Virus record (IMG/VR): IMGVR_UViG_3300028410_000746
From: a virus
Lineage: Duplodnaviria > Caudoviricetes
DNA: 64,000 bases
Direction: 5' to 3' (one strand)
The position numbers and the translations under genes were made by a program. This document shows positions 36,197-44,662 of this stretch, one piece after another; within the stretch, counting starts at the first letter, position 1, and each line of letters opens with the position of its first letter. The notes beneath the pieces are model-generated. The model was not told the origin of the DNA and searched no databases. It was given only the letters and a program-made list of their open reading frames with translations.

Positions 36197-36459
36197 TTGA
36201 ACTGAACGTGTAGGCCCGCACTACCCGAGACCCCATAGGCCTTGGCGAAGGGCTGCCACACCGTCTTTATCCAGGTCTCGACATTCGGGAAGTGAACCTG
36301 GGGATTGTACGGACTCACCTTGAAGGGCTTATGACCCAGGCAGAGATAGTTAACATTCTCCCTGTCATTCTGGAGTAGGACGAGATGTATCCCCGGATGG
36401 GCCTCGGGGTCAATCTCAGCATCGCTCCACTGAAGCTCTTGCCACACCTCCAATCTCAT
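36193..36459 (-). CDS. Hypothetical protein
   Basis: Tiles operon. Confidence 0.45.
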   Translation of the reverse strand: MRLEVWQELQWSDAEIDPEAHPGIHLVLLQNDRENVNYLCLGHKPFKVSPYNPQVHFPNVETWIKTVWQPFAKAYGVSGSAGLHVQFN

Positions 36460-36531
36460 GAGTCACTGAACGCAAGAAGCCTACCTCAATGGGGAGGCAG
36501 GCGTCAAGCGAAAGCGTGCTGAAACTGCAAG

Positions 36532-36999
36532 TCAGTCGATGTCGGCTTCTTTGAGCAAGGGGAGGAGGTCCGCGCGAAGTTCCGGCTTGGTGTACGCCAA
36601 CTTCACCAGGGCGGCCCGCAGATTGCTCTCAGAGGCACGCACGAAGCGTCGGTTGAGGTCACGCATCTGCGCAATCGAGGGGTCCTTGATGTAGTAAAGC
36701 TTGCCCTTGCCGTCCCTGAAGTACAGGTTCTCTTCACCCTGCTCCTGATAGCGAAAGGGGCCACGCATACGGTCCAGCTCCGAAGGGTCCTCAATGGCCT
36801 CAGGCCGCGCGTCTCGCTCCACGAAGAGCCTTCGCAGGATGCGCATCTGAGCATCCGAAGGCTCCTTGATGAAGTAACGCTGACCGCTGCGGTCGGTGAA
36901 GTAGGTGTTCTCTTCACCCTGACTCTCAATCCGGAAAGGCTTCCAGGACATGTCCAGCTCAGAGGGGTCTTCGATTTGGATCAGTTTGCTACGCGGCAT
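36532..36999 (-). CDS. Protein with two internal ~58-aa repeats
   Basis: IEDPSELD..PFR...QGEEN.YF.D..G..Y.IK.PS.AQMR.L.R.FV twice. Confidence 0.7.
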   Translation of the reverse strand: MPRSKLIQIEDPSELDMSWKPFRIESQGEENTYFTDRSGQRYFIKEPSDAQMRILRRLFVERDARPEAIEDPSELDRMRGPFRYQEQGEENLYFRDGKGKLYYIKDPSIAQMRDLNRRFVRASESNLRAALVKLAYTKPELRADLLPLLKEADID

Positions 37000-37112
37000 G
37001 AGAGCACCTCTATCTTGGATGTGTTGACGGGTTACATGGGGGGGCCCTATATCAACGTATTATCATCCCTCGAACGAAAGACGCCTACCCCAAAGATGAG
37101 GTAGGCGTCCAG

Positions 37113-37187
37113 GGCGACTGACGGGACTTGAACCCGCGACTTCCGGTGTCACAGACTGGCGCTCTAACCAACTGAGCTACAGCCGCC
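37113..37187 (-). tRNA. tRNA-His(GUG)
   Basis: G-1:C73; loop CT GTG AC. Confidence 0.93.
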
Positions 37188-37208
37188 ATGATCTCCCCCG
37201 AGGGAGAG

Positions 37209-37281
37209 AGGTAAGAGTGGGAGTCGAACCCACTGCGACTCGTGTTGCAGACGAGCGCCCCGCCACCAGGGCCTTCTTACC
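37209..37281 (-). tRNA. tRNA-Cys(GCA)
   Basis: Cloverleaf, U73. Confidence 0.9.
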
Positions 37282-37447
37282 GAACATCACCACCGGGACT
37301 CGAACTCGGATCTACACTGGAGGACGACGGCGACATCACGAACCCCAACCGCTGCCGGTTGAGAGGCTATTCCACGTCAGGAGTATTTACCCTCGTCAAC
37401 CTCTGTGGTACAAAGAAGCTTCAACCAAACTCTAAAGCAGAGCGGAC

Positions 37448-37948
37448 ATGGGCCAATATTACCGACCAGTCATCCTGAATGCTGACGATGAGGTTACCGC
37501 CTGGGTGCGGTGCTACGACTACCAGAACGGCGCCAAGCTCATGGAGCATAGCTACCTCGGCAACAACTTCGTGATGGCCGTGGACATGCTCCTGCTAGAG
37601 AACGCTCAACGTCTCGTCTGGGCGGGCGACTACGCCGAGGAAGACTACTACCTGCGGTGCACTGAAGAGTCTAAGAAGACACCTCTCGCAGGCGCGCGGC
37701 AGCCCCCTTACGTTATCAACCAGGACAAGAAGACGTACTTCAACCGCGATGAGGTCCGAAAAGACCTGGAAGGACACGTGCTGGACCCGCTCCCCCTGCT
37801 CACTGCTCTGGGGAACGGGAGAGGGGGCAGAGACTACCGAGGCGCCGATACCGAGGACGTGGGCATCTGGGCAGGTGACCGCATTCGAGTGAGCTTCACC
37901 AAGCCCTCCGAGGAGTACGCGCGGGATTATTTCTTCTTCGCTATGTGA
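37448..37948 (+). CDS. Conserved phage hypothetical protein (MGQYY...KLMEHSY)
   Basis: Plus-strand promoter copy TTTACC-N17-TACAAA at about 37387-37415. Confidence 0.65.
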   Translation: MGQYYRPVILNADDEVTAWVRCYDYQNGAKLMEHSYLGNNFVMAVDMLLLENAQRLVWAGDYAEEDYYLRCTEESKKTPLAGARQPPYVINQDKKTYFNRDEVRKDLEGHVLDPLPLLTALGNGRGGRDYRGADTEDVGIWAGDRIRVSFTKPSEEYARDYFFFAM

Positions 37949-38240
37949 GAAGCGCGCTCTTGAGCTTGAGCCGGTCCGCGTACCACAGGACACGGACGTC
38001 TCCGATCACGCTCTCCAGCCTATGAGACTTGCAGTGCTCAGGTAACCCTACCTGAGCCCGCGTGATCGAGTGACGCTCAGAGTCTGAAAGCCGATAGAGG
38101 CCTCCCGAAGTCTCACCCTGAGCTGCGAGGGCGTCCCGAACATACGAGAGCCTTGAGAGCACCAGATCCTCAAGAGAGGTAAACGCACATTCGAGCTGCG
38201 GCCCGTGCGGACCTTCCCTACGCAACACCCAGACCTTCAC
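37941..38240 (-). CDS. Hypothetical protein
   Basis: RBS GGAG. Confidence 0.45.
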   Translation of the reverse strand: MKVWVLRREGPHGPQLECAFTSLEDLVLSRLSYVRDALAAQGETSGGLYRLSDSERHSITRAQVGLPEHCKSHRLESVIGDVRVLWYADRLKLKSALLT

Positions 38241-38388
38241 TCCAGACCTCCGCCCTCATGCCACCGACCACACCGCACGCATATTTGATAGTACCGTACA
38301 GGGTGACGTGAGCCCGAACGTACAAGCGGCCTCATGCCAAAGGGCACCCACCAATGGAAGCCCAGACGACATCTCCAGGGTACCTTCG

Positions 38389-38769
38389 TCACGATGAATT
38401 TCCTCGCGCAGCCAAGTCCGCCTGCATTTGAGCGTGCTCAACGCGAACCTTCTGGACCGCTTCAGGCACATCGGTGGGGGGCACCTCACCGGGTGCATTC
38501 GGCAACAGGTACCACTGAGTGGCGTCATCCTGGGGAACCGAAGAGAACCCCCAAAACGATCCATGTCCGTCAGGCACGGCAGGGACATACCACCCCAAGC
38601 TTCCCCCTTCCTCCAGAGGAACACTCGAAGGCAAGAGATCACGCCCTACCTCATCATGCACGCACGCAACGCACCTGAGCATGTCATCTACCAAAAACAC
38701 GGCGGACTTTCGGTAGAGCTTACAGTCACATGCTCCACATAGACCGCACCGATACGGGTATTCACTCAC
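38389..38769 (-). CDS. Hypothetical Zn-binding protein
   Basis: CGLCGACDC..CVAC. Confidence 0.5.
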   Translation of the reverse strand: MSEYPYRCGLCGACDCKLYRKSAVFLVDDMLRCVACVHDEVGRDLLPSSVPLEEGGSLGWYVPAVPDGHGSFWGFSSVPQDDATQWYLLPNAPGEVPPTDVPEAVQKVRVEHAQMQADLAARGNSS

Positions 38770-38989
38770 TGTCAGTCTCCTCTAGATGCTTTTGAACTTC
38801 TGCCAACGTGGACGGAGCACGGCCCGTGTCCTCCATGTTGATCTCGTCAAGAGACGTCACCGTGCTCCCCAGGAGACGAGCGATCTCTTCCCACGTCACG
38901 GTGTGACCCTCGACCAGGAGGCGCCCGGTGTCGCCATCATAGACCGCCTCCCAATCGCCACTCTCCGCACACACGCGCACGAGGTTCAT
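38762..38989 (-). CDS. Hypothetical protein
   Basis: Tiles operon. Confidence 0.5.
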   Translation of the reverse strand: MNLVRVCAESGDWEAVYDGDTGRLLVEGHTVTWEEIARLLGSTVTSLDEINMEDTGRAPSTLAEVQKHLEETDSE

Positions 38990-39192
38990 AGGACCCCCTC
39001 TTGGTTACGGGTATAGGCCCCGTGTGCGAAGTACGAGGCCACCAGCAGCACGAGGCTACAAGGAATCAGCAGAATCAAACCTGCGGTGACCTCATCAATG
39101 AAGTAGTCAAGGCGGTGAAACGTTACAGCCTTGGATACCTCACCTGCACCCGAAAAGACCTGCTGGATATAGCCCACGGCGCGAACGCACAC
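38986..39192 (-). CDS. Small membrane protein
   Basis: One TM helix. Confidence 0.4.
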   Translation of the reverse strand: MCVRAVGYIQQVFSGAGEVSKAVTFHRLDYFIDEVTAGLILLIPCSLVLLVASYFAHGAYTRNQEGVL

Positions 39193-39466
39193 AGGTTATT
39201 GAGGAAAGGTTGCCCACGACGTGGGGGCTCAAAACCGCGAATCATACACCACCCTCGGACTGGACAGACTCCCACAGCGCCACACTTAGCACCGCAGGAG
39301 CTGCCATGCCCATGTAACATACCATAGACATCGCACCCCCGACAAGCGAGATGCCCATGGAGACGACATCTGAATACGGCCGAGGGAGGGGGCGCGATAC
39401 ACGCTCCGAGATGTGACCCGCCACCGTGCTTACGAGCTGACTCGGAAGGGGCGCCACGTGTGTCAA

Positions 39467-39983
39467 GGGGACATCCCCGCGTGTGCGGGGAGGGGTTGAC
39501 CGAGCACTGCTTCAGGTTGTCGATGTGGGGGACATCCCCGCGTACACGGGGAGGGGAAAACTTCTCCTGGGGGGTCTCTGCGGGCGCGGGGGACATCCCC
39601 GCGTGTGCGGGGAGGGGTTCCATCACTGCGCAGGAGCCGATGGCGGCGACGGGACATCCCCGCGTGTGCGGGGAGGGGTGCGCGACACAAGTCGTACATA
39701 AGCTCATTGCGGGGACATCCCCGCGTGTGCGGGGAGGGGTGACTCCGAGACCTCCGAGAGTGAGTCGCCGAGGGGACATCCCCGCGTGTGCGGGGAGGGG
39801 AAGCACGTCCGCGTCGGGCTGGTCAAAGCCAAGGGGACATCCCCGCGTGTGCGGGGAGGGGCCCGTCGTCTGGACCGCCGCTGACCTTATGGAGGGGACA
39901 TCCCCGCGTGTGCGGGGAGGGGAACTCATGGCGAGATGGTCTCCCAGGTCATACGGGGACATCCCCGCGTGTGCGGGGAGGGG
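39467..39983 (-). CRISPR. Type I-E-like array 3 (9 repeats, 8 spacers)
   Basis: 29-nt repeat CCCCTCCCCGCACACGCGGGGATGTCCCC every 61 nt (39467, 39528, 39589, 39650, 39711, 39772, 39833, 39894, 39955); all spacers 32 nt. Confidence 0.97.
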
Positions 39984-40125
39984 TCTGTGCCAAGAAGTCA
40001 CATGCGTTAGATCGCGTAAGTATTCGGTTTTCAAAGACTTTCAGGGTTCAGTGTCAAAGAGCGTCACTCTTGGGCGACCCTCTTGACGTCCTTACGGTAA
40101 CCTTGGTGAGGGAGACATGTCAAGC
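39984..40125 (-). promoter_or_regulatory. CRISPR leader with promoter (leader copy 2)
   Basis: TTGACA-N18-TACCGT; homologous to 10499-10640. Confidence 0.8.
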
Positions 40126-40190
40126 TGTATTTGACACGACGGTATCCAGTACGCTATTAACAGGGCACACCGTAACCAAGAGGCACCCCT

Positions 40191-40982
40191 ATGAGCACAC
40201 GTGAAGGTCTCCGAGCCAAGCTCTCCACACTCCCCCTGAAGCTCAAGCCCTACGCAGAGGTTGACCTCGAACGGGACTGCAAGCTCATGACGGGCTCCGG
40301 CTGGATGTTCGAGATGATGTCTCGCATGGAGAACGCGATGTGGGGGAGGTGGGGCTACTGGCTCAACGCATGGGCGACCATGCAGCCTCCGACCGAGGCC
40401 ATCCCTCAGATCGAATTCGAGAACGCGCCCAACCCCTTCGTGCTCAAGATGCTCGACCACACCCTTGAGTGCTGCACCCAGGGACGCATCCACCGCTACC
40501 GCGCCATGGAGTGGCTGGTGGACTGGATCAGGTGGTCACTGGGAGGGCTCAAGGACAAGCCCGAGAACCCGGTCCCGGAGATCCCGAGCGACGTGATCGC
40601 CTATCAGGTGTTCCAGCTCGACCCCATGGTCCTCTACCCCTACGACTACTTCGGGCACTGGTACGCGGAAGCCGGGCACGGGAAGAATGGAGCTGCGTTT
40701 TACCCTACCCCAATGGGCCTCACCAACCTCATGGAGCGTATCCTCTACGGAAATGACCCCCTCCCCACATCCTCCTCCGCATGTGACCCCGCCGTGGGCA
40801 CAGGAAGGACCCTCCTGGCGGCCAGCAACAGCTCCTTACGCCTCTACGGTCAGGACATCGACGCGCGCGTCCTCGCCTGTCTGGAGGTCAATTTCGCGCT
40901 CTACGCCCCGTGGGGCTATCGACCTCTGCCAGACGCCGTGTGGACCGCTCACTCCTCCTCGAAAATGACCTCCTCTCCATAG
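40191..40982 (+). CDS. N6-DNA-methylase-like SAM-binding protein
   Basis: FYPTP..CDPAVGTGRTLL..LYGQDID; no NPPY/DPPY motif seen; promoter TTGACA-N18-TATTAA. Confidence 0.7.
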   Translation: MSTREGLRAKLSTLPLKLKPYAEVDLERDCKLMTGSGWMFEMMSRMENAMWGRWGYWLNAWATMQPPTEAIPQIEFENAPNPFVLKMLDHTLECCTQGRIHRYRAMEWLVDWIRWSLGGLKDKPENPVPEIPSDVIAYQVFQLDPMVLYPYDYFGHWYAEAGHGKNGAAFYPTPMGLTNLMERILYGNDPLPTSSSACDPAVGTGRTLLAASNSSLRLYGQDIDARVLACLEVNFALYAPWGYRPLPDAVWTAHSSSKMTSSP

Positions 40983-41167
40983 AGCCGCACATTGGACACC
41001 GAGAGGCTCATGGAACCACGTGAGGGGTAGAGCGTTACCGGAGGACCCTCCAACGACGCGATGAGGGGGAGGTTGTCCGGGAACGGTACCTCCGGCGTCT
41101 CCAGCACACCCACCTCACGAGCGGCGAGCAGTCTCAAACCCTCCAACCTCTTCTGATCGTCGCTCAT
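40949..41167 (-). CDS. Hypothetical protein
   Basis: Tiles operon. Confidence 0.45.
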   Translation of the reverse strand: MSDDQKRLEGLRLLAAREVGVLETPEVPFPDNLPLIASLEGPPVTLYPSRGSMSLSVSNVRLYGEEVIFEEE

Positions 41168-41477
41168 ACCACTGCTCCAGGAAAGCGGGGACAGGCTCTT
41201 CGACCATCCCGAGTTCTACCAAGTATAGACGCAGGGCCTCGTGGGCCTCGTGCGTCCAAGGCGTAAACAAGAGGCCCTCGCCGCCGCCCTCTACCCAAGG
41301 CATGTCTACAAACGCATCCACACCGAACACGTCTTCAATGCGATCCAAGAGCTGGTCATCCCGGCACGTCTCGTCACCATCCCACAGCTCAGGAGCTACG
41401 AGCGTGAAGAGCGTCCCCGACGGGCGAAGCTCCAGCACCACGAATCGCCACGTTCCCGGACCGGTTTGATCACACAT
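41115..41477 (-). CDS. Hypothetical protein
   Basis: RBS GGAG. Confidence 0.5.
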   Translation of the reverse strand: MCDQTGPGTWRFVVLELRPSGTLFTLVAPELWDGDETCRDDQLLDRIEDVFGVDAFVDMPWVEGGGEGLLFTPWTHEAHEALRLYLVELGMVEEPVPAFLEQWYERRSEEVGGFETARRS

Positions 41478-41567
41478 ACACATCTCCAAAAAAGCGGAGG
41501 GGGAGTCGAACCCCCGGCGCCGCACTCCGCTAAGACACTACTCAAAGAGGGATGGACGCTGCCAGGA

Positions 41568-41747
41568 TCAAGCACCTTTATGTGCGTCTCCATACACTTC
41601 CTGGTAAAGCCCCAGGAGCTGCCGCGCCCCGTGGAGGACCACCGGATAGAAGAGCACGGCGAGGCTGATCACGACACCCGCACGCATGAACTGGAAAAGC
41701 TCCACATCCCTTACGGTGCCCGCCCACGTATACAGCCCGTGTGTCAT
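41568..41747 (-). CDS. Small membrane protein (59 aa)
   Basis: Hand translation MTHGLYTW..VVISLAVLFYPVVL; start overlaps the upstream stop. Confidence 0.45.
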   Translation of the reverse strand: MTHGLYTWAGTVRDVELFQFMRAGVVISLAVLFYPVVLHGARQLLGLYQEVYGDAHKGA

Positions 41748-42190
41748 CCAGTCGGCTCCGAGCTGTCGTGCAGGTTCTCGAAGATGAAGCCCGCCTCAAG
41801 GAAACGCGCCTTGACCTCCGACCACCCCGAGCCCGTCACCTCAAAGAGACTCTCCTGGCATTGCCCCTGGAGACCCAAACGCGCGTAACGCGCACCCAGC
41901 TCCTCTCGAATCTCCGCGTTCGTATCCCAATCAGGGTAGGGACCATCCGCACGATCTCGAAGAGCCTGTGAACAGATGTACACCAGAACCAAACCCTCCT
42001 CATCCTCATACCCGTCGTCAGAGAACGTGAAGTACCACGTCCCCTCAACAGTAGTCGGCAAGACCAGAAGGCTTTGAGCCTCTCTCAGAACCGCTTTGGC
42101 CTGCTTCAAGGTGAGTCCCGCCTTCTCCGGGTCCAGCTCGTGCGCTACGAGGAGCGTCAAGTCTCTCAGGACCTCTTCTCGCGTCTTCAT
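41744..42190 (-). CDS. Hypothetical protein
   Basis: Tiles operon. Confidence 0.5.
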   Translation of the reverse strand: MKTREEVLRDLTLLVAHELDPEKAGLTLKQAKAVLREAQSLLVLPTTVEGTWYFTFSDDGYEDEEGLVLVYICSQALRDRADGPYPDWDTNAEIREELGARYARLGLQGQCQESLFEVTGSGWSEVKARFLEAGFIFENLHDSSEPTG

Positions 42191-42375
42191 CAGGAGGTAT
42201 CTCGCTGCCGCACGTGAATGCTACATGCCACCAAGAAGATCGTGGCGTGAATCCAGCACCTCATGTTGAAGTCTTCGAGGGACTCCGCTTCCAGAGCCGC
42301 GAGCTGTTTCGCGAAGCTCTTTGACTTGAGTAGCACTGCACGGGAGACCCGCCGCTTTCCAATCACATAACTCAT
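42190..42375 (-). CDS. Hypothetical protein
   Basis: RBS GGAG. Confidence 0.45.
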   Translation of the reverse strand: MSYVIGKRRVSRAVLLKSKSFAKQLAALEAESLEDFNMRCWIHATIFLVACSIHVRQRDTS

Positions 42376-42396
42376 ACTCTACTCCCTCTTCTCGGC

Positions 42397-42696
42397 TCAC
42401 GAGAGCCAGTTATTAACGTCCGCCTCGAACTCCGGGTACTCCTTGAGCACCGCGTCAAGGGTGCGACCCGTCCCGGTGACCTCCACCAGGACGTCAGCCC
42501 CATGTTCGGTGAAGAGCACCTCCAGGATATCCCGACCCGTTGCCAGGGCGGTCTGGACAGGCTCCGCGTACACCTCGCGCATGGCTCCGAGGACCCACTC
42601 GCGGCACGAGTGTCGAAGCTCCTCTTCGCGTTCCGCACAGTCCTCAGAACTCGCGATCGCGTGGCGCTCATCGTACTCGCTGTAACCGTATCCCAT
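42397..42696 (-). CDS. Hypothetical protein
   Basis: Behind a promoter/leader copy at about 42700-42762. Confidence 0.55.
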   Translation of the reverse strand: MGYGYSEYDERHAIASSEDCAEREEELRHSCREWVLGAMREVYAEPVQTALATGRDILEVLFTEHGADVLVEVTGTGRTLDAVLKEYPEFEADVNNWLS

Positions 42697-42789
42697 GACC
42701 AGCTCCGTGTGTGTCTGTGTTGTCTTACACACCCTATATACCACAAGGGGGGGCCGTAAAAACTCATTCAGATTTTCGAGAGCAGTCCA

Positions 42790-42863
42790 TGCGCCGAGTG
42801 GGGCTCGAACCCACAACACGGGGATTTAGAATCCCCTGCTCTAACCCGTTGAGCTATCGGCGC
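42790..42863 (-). tRNA. tRNA-Sup(CUA), amber suppressor, copy 2
   Basis: Perfect 7-bp acceptor GCGCCGA/TCGGCGC; same D and anticodon arms as copy 1; A73. Confidence 0.92.
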
Positions 42864-42871
42864 TAAAACCT

Positions 42872-43127
42872 CGCAGAAGACTCCGGTTGTACGGCCGGAG
42901 TCCTCCTGTAGCCCTTATTAGGAGCGTCGTGTCAGGCAGCGGTATCACCCGCGTTCCGTCACCGAGGTGCTTGCCTTGAGTCAGTGTTTCCAGAAGCTGT
43001 GTGCTCCGCAGAACTGTCCGGTTATACGGCCGGAGTTCTTTGTAACCCTTACTAGGGGCGTCGTGCTAGACAGCGGTTTCATCCGCGTTCCGGCACCGGA
43101 GCTGCTCTGTCCTCACTGACTGAAGAC
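42872..43127 (-). ncRNA. Tandem pair of a ~125-nt structured RNA motif
   Basis: Two diverged copies with compensatory stem changes, between a promoter (about 43132-43163) and the CUA tRNA. Confidence 0.6.
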
Positions 43128-43170
43128 ACCCCCTATATACCACAAGAAAGAGACCCTGTAAAACTACTTC

Positions 43171-43422
43171 TCACTCTTCTTCCGAGGAGTCGTGTTCGGG
43201 ACGGGCGGCGGAAAACGCGTTCAGGAAACGCTCCCGTCGCGCCGCACCCTCGGAGGGCTTCCCGAGCTGAGCTTGGAGGTACGGGATAATAGCCGAAGAG
43301 GCGGCGGGACGGCCTGACCCCCTTGAGAGTGCCTCCAGGATTTGATTGCTGCGCGAGGTACGCCCCACGGAGCCGTTATCTTCATTCGACACGGGGACCT
43401 CCACGTTCATCCAAGGCATCAC
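43171..43422 (-). CDS. Hypothetical protein
   Basis: Tiles operon. Confidence 0.4.
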   Translation of the reverse strand: MMPWMNVEVPVSNEDNGSVGRTSRSNQILEALSRGSGRPAASSAIIPYLQAQLGKPSEGAARRERFLNAFSAARPEHDSSEEE

Positions 43423-43930
43423 GGCCCTTCTGAGTAAGGGTCATCGTCGGGCCGCTCAACTTCACCTGCTCCCAGGTCGCCAACTCGCCTATGGCATAGC
43501 TCAAGGGCTTGAGATCCGGGGCGGCCACGCGAGCCTGAGCCGAATCCATCACAAGCACGTGCCAACGCTCCCCCGTCTTGTCTACGAGACGACACAAGCT
43601 CTTCGCATCCAGGGCTCCGTGTATCCACAGGAGCGACAAGATCGTGAGATGCACATCTTCCAGGGGATAGGTCACCACACTCAGATCACCCTCTCCCGCA
43701 GGGTCACTTGGATCACGAGGGGGAGGCGGCTCAAACTCCGTGAGAGCGCCCTCCTGGGATGTAAGACCCCATTTACGACGCAACGACACCCGCGTGTCCC
43801 GTATCAGGCGGCCTATTCGCACCGTCTTGACGTACTTCCAGCAGGTGATGCTCCAGATGAGCACAAGCAACACGAACACGCTCACGAGAGCATACGATAC
43901 CCACAGAGCGGACGATTCCCACCCCATCAC
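43382..43930 (-). CDS. Membrane protein with a possible C-terminal winged helix
   Basis: N-terminal TM helix; RBS GGAGG. Confidence 0.55.
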   Translation of the reverse strand: MMGWESSALWVSYALVSVFVLLVLIWSITCWKYVKTVRIGRLIRDTRVSLRRKWGLTSQEGALTEFEPPPPRDPSDPAGEGDLSVVTYPLEDVHLTILSLLWIHGALDAKSLCRLVDKTGERWHVLVMDSAQARVAAPDLKPLSYAIGELATWEQVKLSGPTMTLTQKGRDALDERGGPRVE

Positions 43931-43995
43931 AAACCTCCAGTCACGTCAAAGGAGCGTGCCCGTTGTACGAACTGCGCGGCATCAAAGTGCATCCA

Positions 43996-44024
43996 CGGAA
44001 CATCCCCGCGTGTGCGGGGAAGGG
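43996..44024 (-). CRISPR. Solitary type I-E repeat with a full leader
   Basis: CCCTTCCCCGCACACGCGGGGATGTTCCG; no neighbouring repeat. Confidence 0.85.
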
Positions 44025-44165
44025 TCTGTGCCAAGAAGTCACATGAGCGGAATCACGTAAGTACTCAGTTTTCAAAGACTTCTCAGGTTCAGCGCCGTTC
44101 GGTGTCACCCTTGGGCGACCCTCTTGACGTCCGTATGGTAACCCTGAGGAGGGAAACCTGTCAAC
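44025..44165 (-). promoter_or_regulatory. CRISPR leader with promoter (leader copy 3)
   Basis: TTGACA-N18-TACCAT; homologous to the other two leaders. Confidence 0.8.
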
Positions 44166-44279
44166 ATGAGCAAGCTTCGCTTCCGCCAATTGCTTCAAAT
44201 GCGCATCCCTCAACCCGAACCTCCTGTCACAGTGTGAGTCCGAAGAGAGAGGATACCTCGAAGTCACACACCTGTCAAG

Positions 44280-44350
44280 CTCTGGGACCGGGACTTGAAC
44301 CCGGAAAGATTGGTTAACAGCCAATTATGATACCATTTCATCATCCCAGA
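44280..44350 (-). tRNA. tRNA-Asn(GUU)
   Basis: Cloverleaf, G73. Confidence 0.9.
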
Positions 44351-44377
44351 AGACGATCACGTTACCGCGACCGACAG

Positions 44378-44462
44378 GGTGTCGGGAAGGAGTCGAACCT
44401 TCATACCTCCGAAGAGGAACTGGGCCACACGGAGGCGAGCCTGCCAATGCTCAACCGGACGC
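44378..44462 (-). ncRNA. Tyr-like tRNA paralog C (loop GT GTG GC); its own acceptor and anticodon stems do not pair
   Basis: D arm, long variable arm and T arm intact; halves complement paralog B. Confidence 0.6.
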
Positions 44463-44467
44463 CCAAA

Positions 44468-44551
44468 TGCGCCGGGTAGGAGTCGAACCTACAGGTCTCC
44501 GAAGAGAACCCTCGCTACAACCAGCCGAGCTTACCAATGCTCAACCGACAC
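44468..44551 (-). ncRNA. Tyr-like tRNA paralog B (loop TT GTA GC); its own anticodon stem does not pair
   Basis: D arm, long variable arm and T arm intact; halves complement paralog C. Confidence 0.65.
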
Positions 44552-44555
44552 GCAA

Positions 44556-44636
44556 TGCGTTGGGCAGGACTCGAACCTGCACGCCCGAAGGACCGGGGCT
44601 ACAACCCGGCGAGCCAGCCAATTGCTCAACCAACGC
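44556..44636 (-). tRNA. tRNA-Tyr(GUA)
   Basis: Complete type II cloverleaf, A73. Confidence 0.9.
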
Positions 44637-44662
44637 AGATCACGAGCCTCACACGCTCGCGA

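Noticed and set aside
39123-40086. ORFs of 303 and 208 aa over array 3, and 10218-10725 over array 2
   Set aside because: They are periodic translations of CRISPR repeats and leader (PRTRGDVP, GHPRVCG), not genes.
42872-43127. c-di-GMP-I riboswitch call for the tandem motif
   Set aside because: Only a local resemblance (AAAG..CTCCGGCC.TA); the GCAAA/GACGC aptamer core is not present.
9979-44165. cas genes near the arrays
   Set aside because: No ORF shows Cas1, Cas3, Cas5, Cas6 or Cas7 motifs that I recognise. The PD-(D/E)xK ORFs lack the Cas4 four-Cys cluster.
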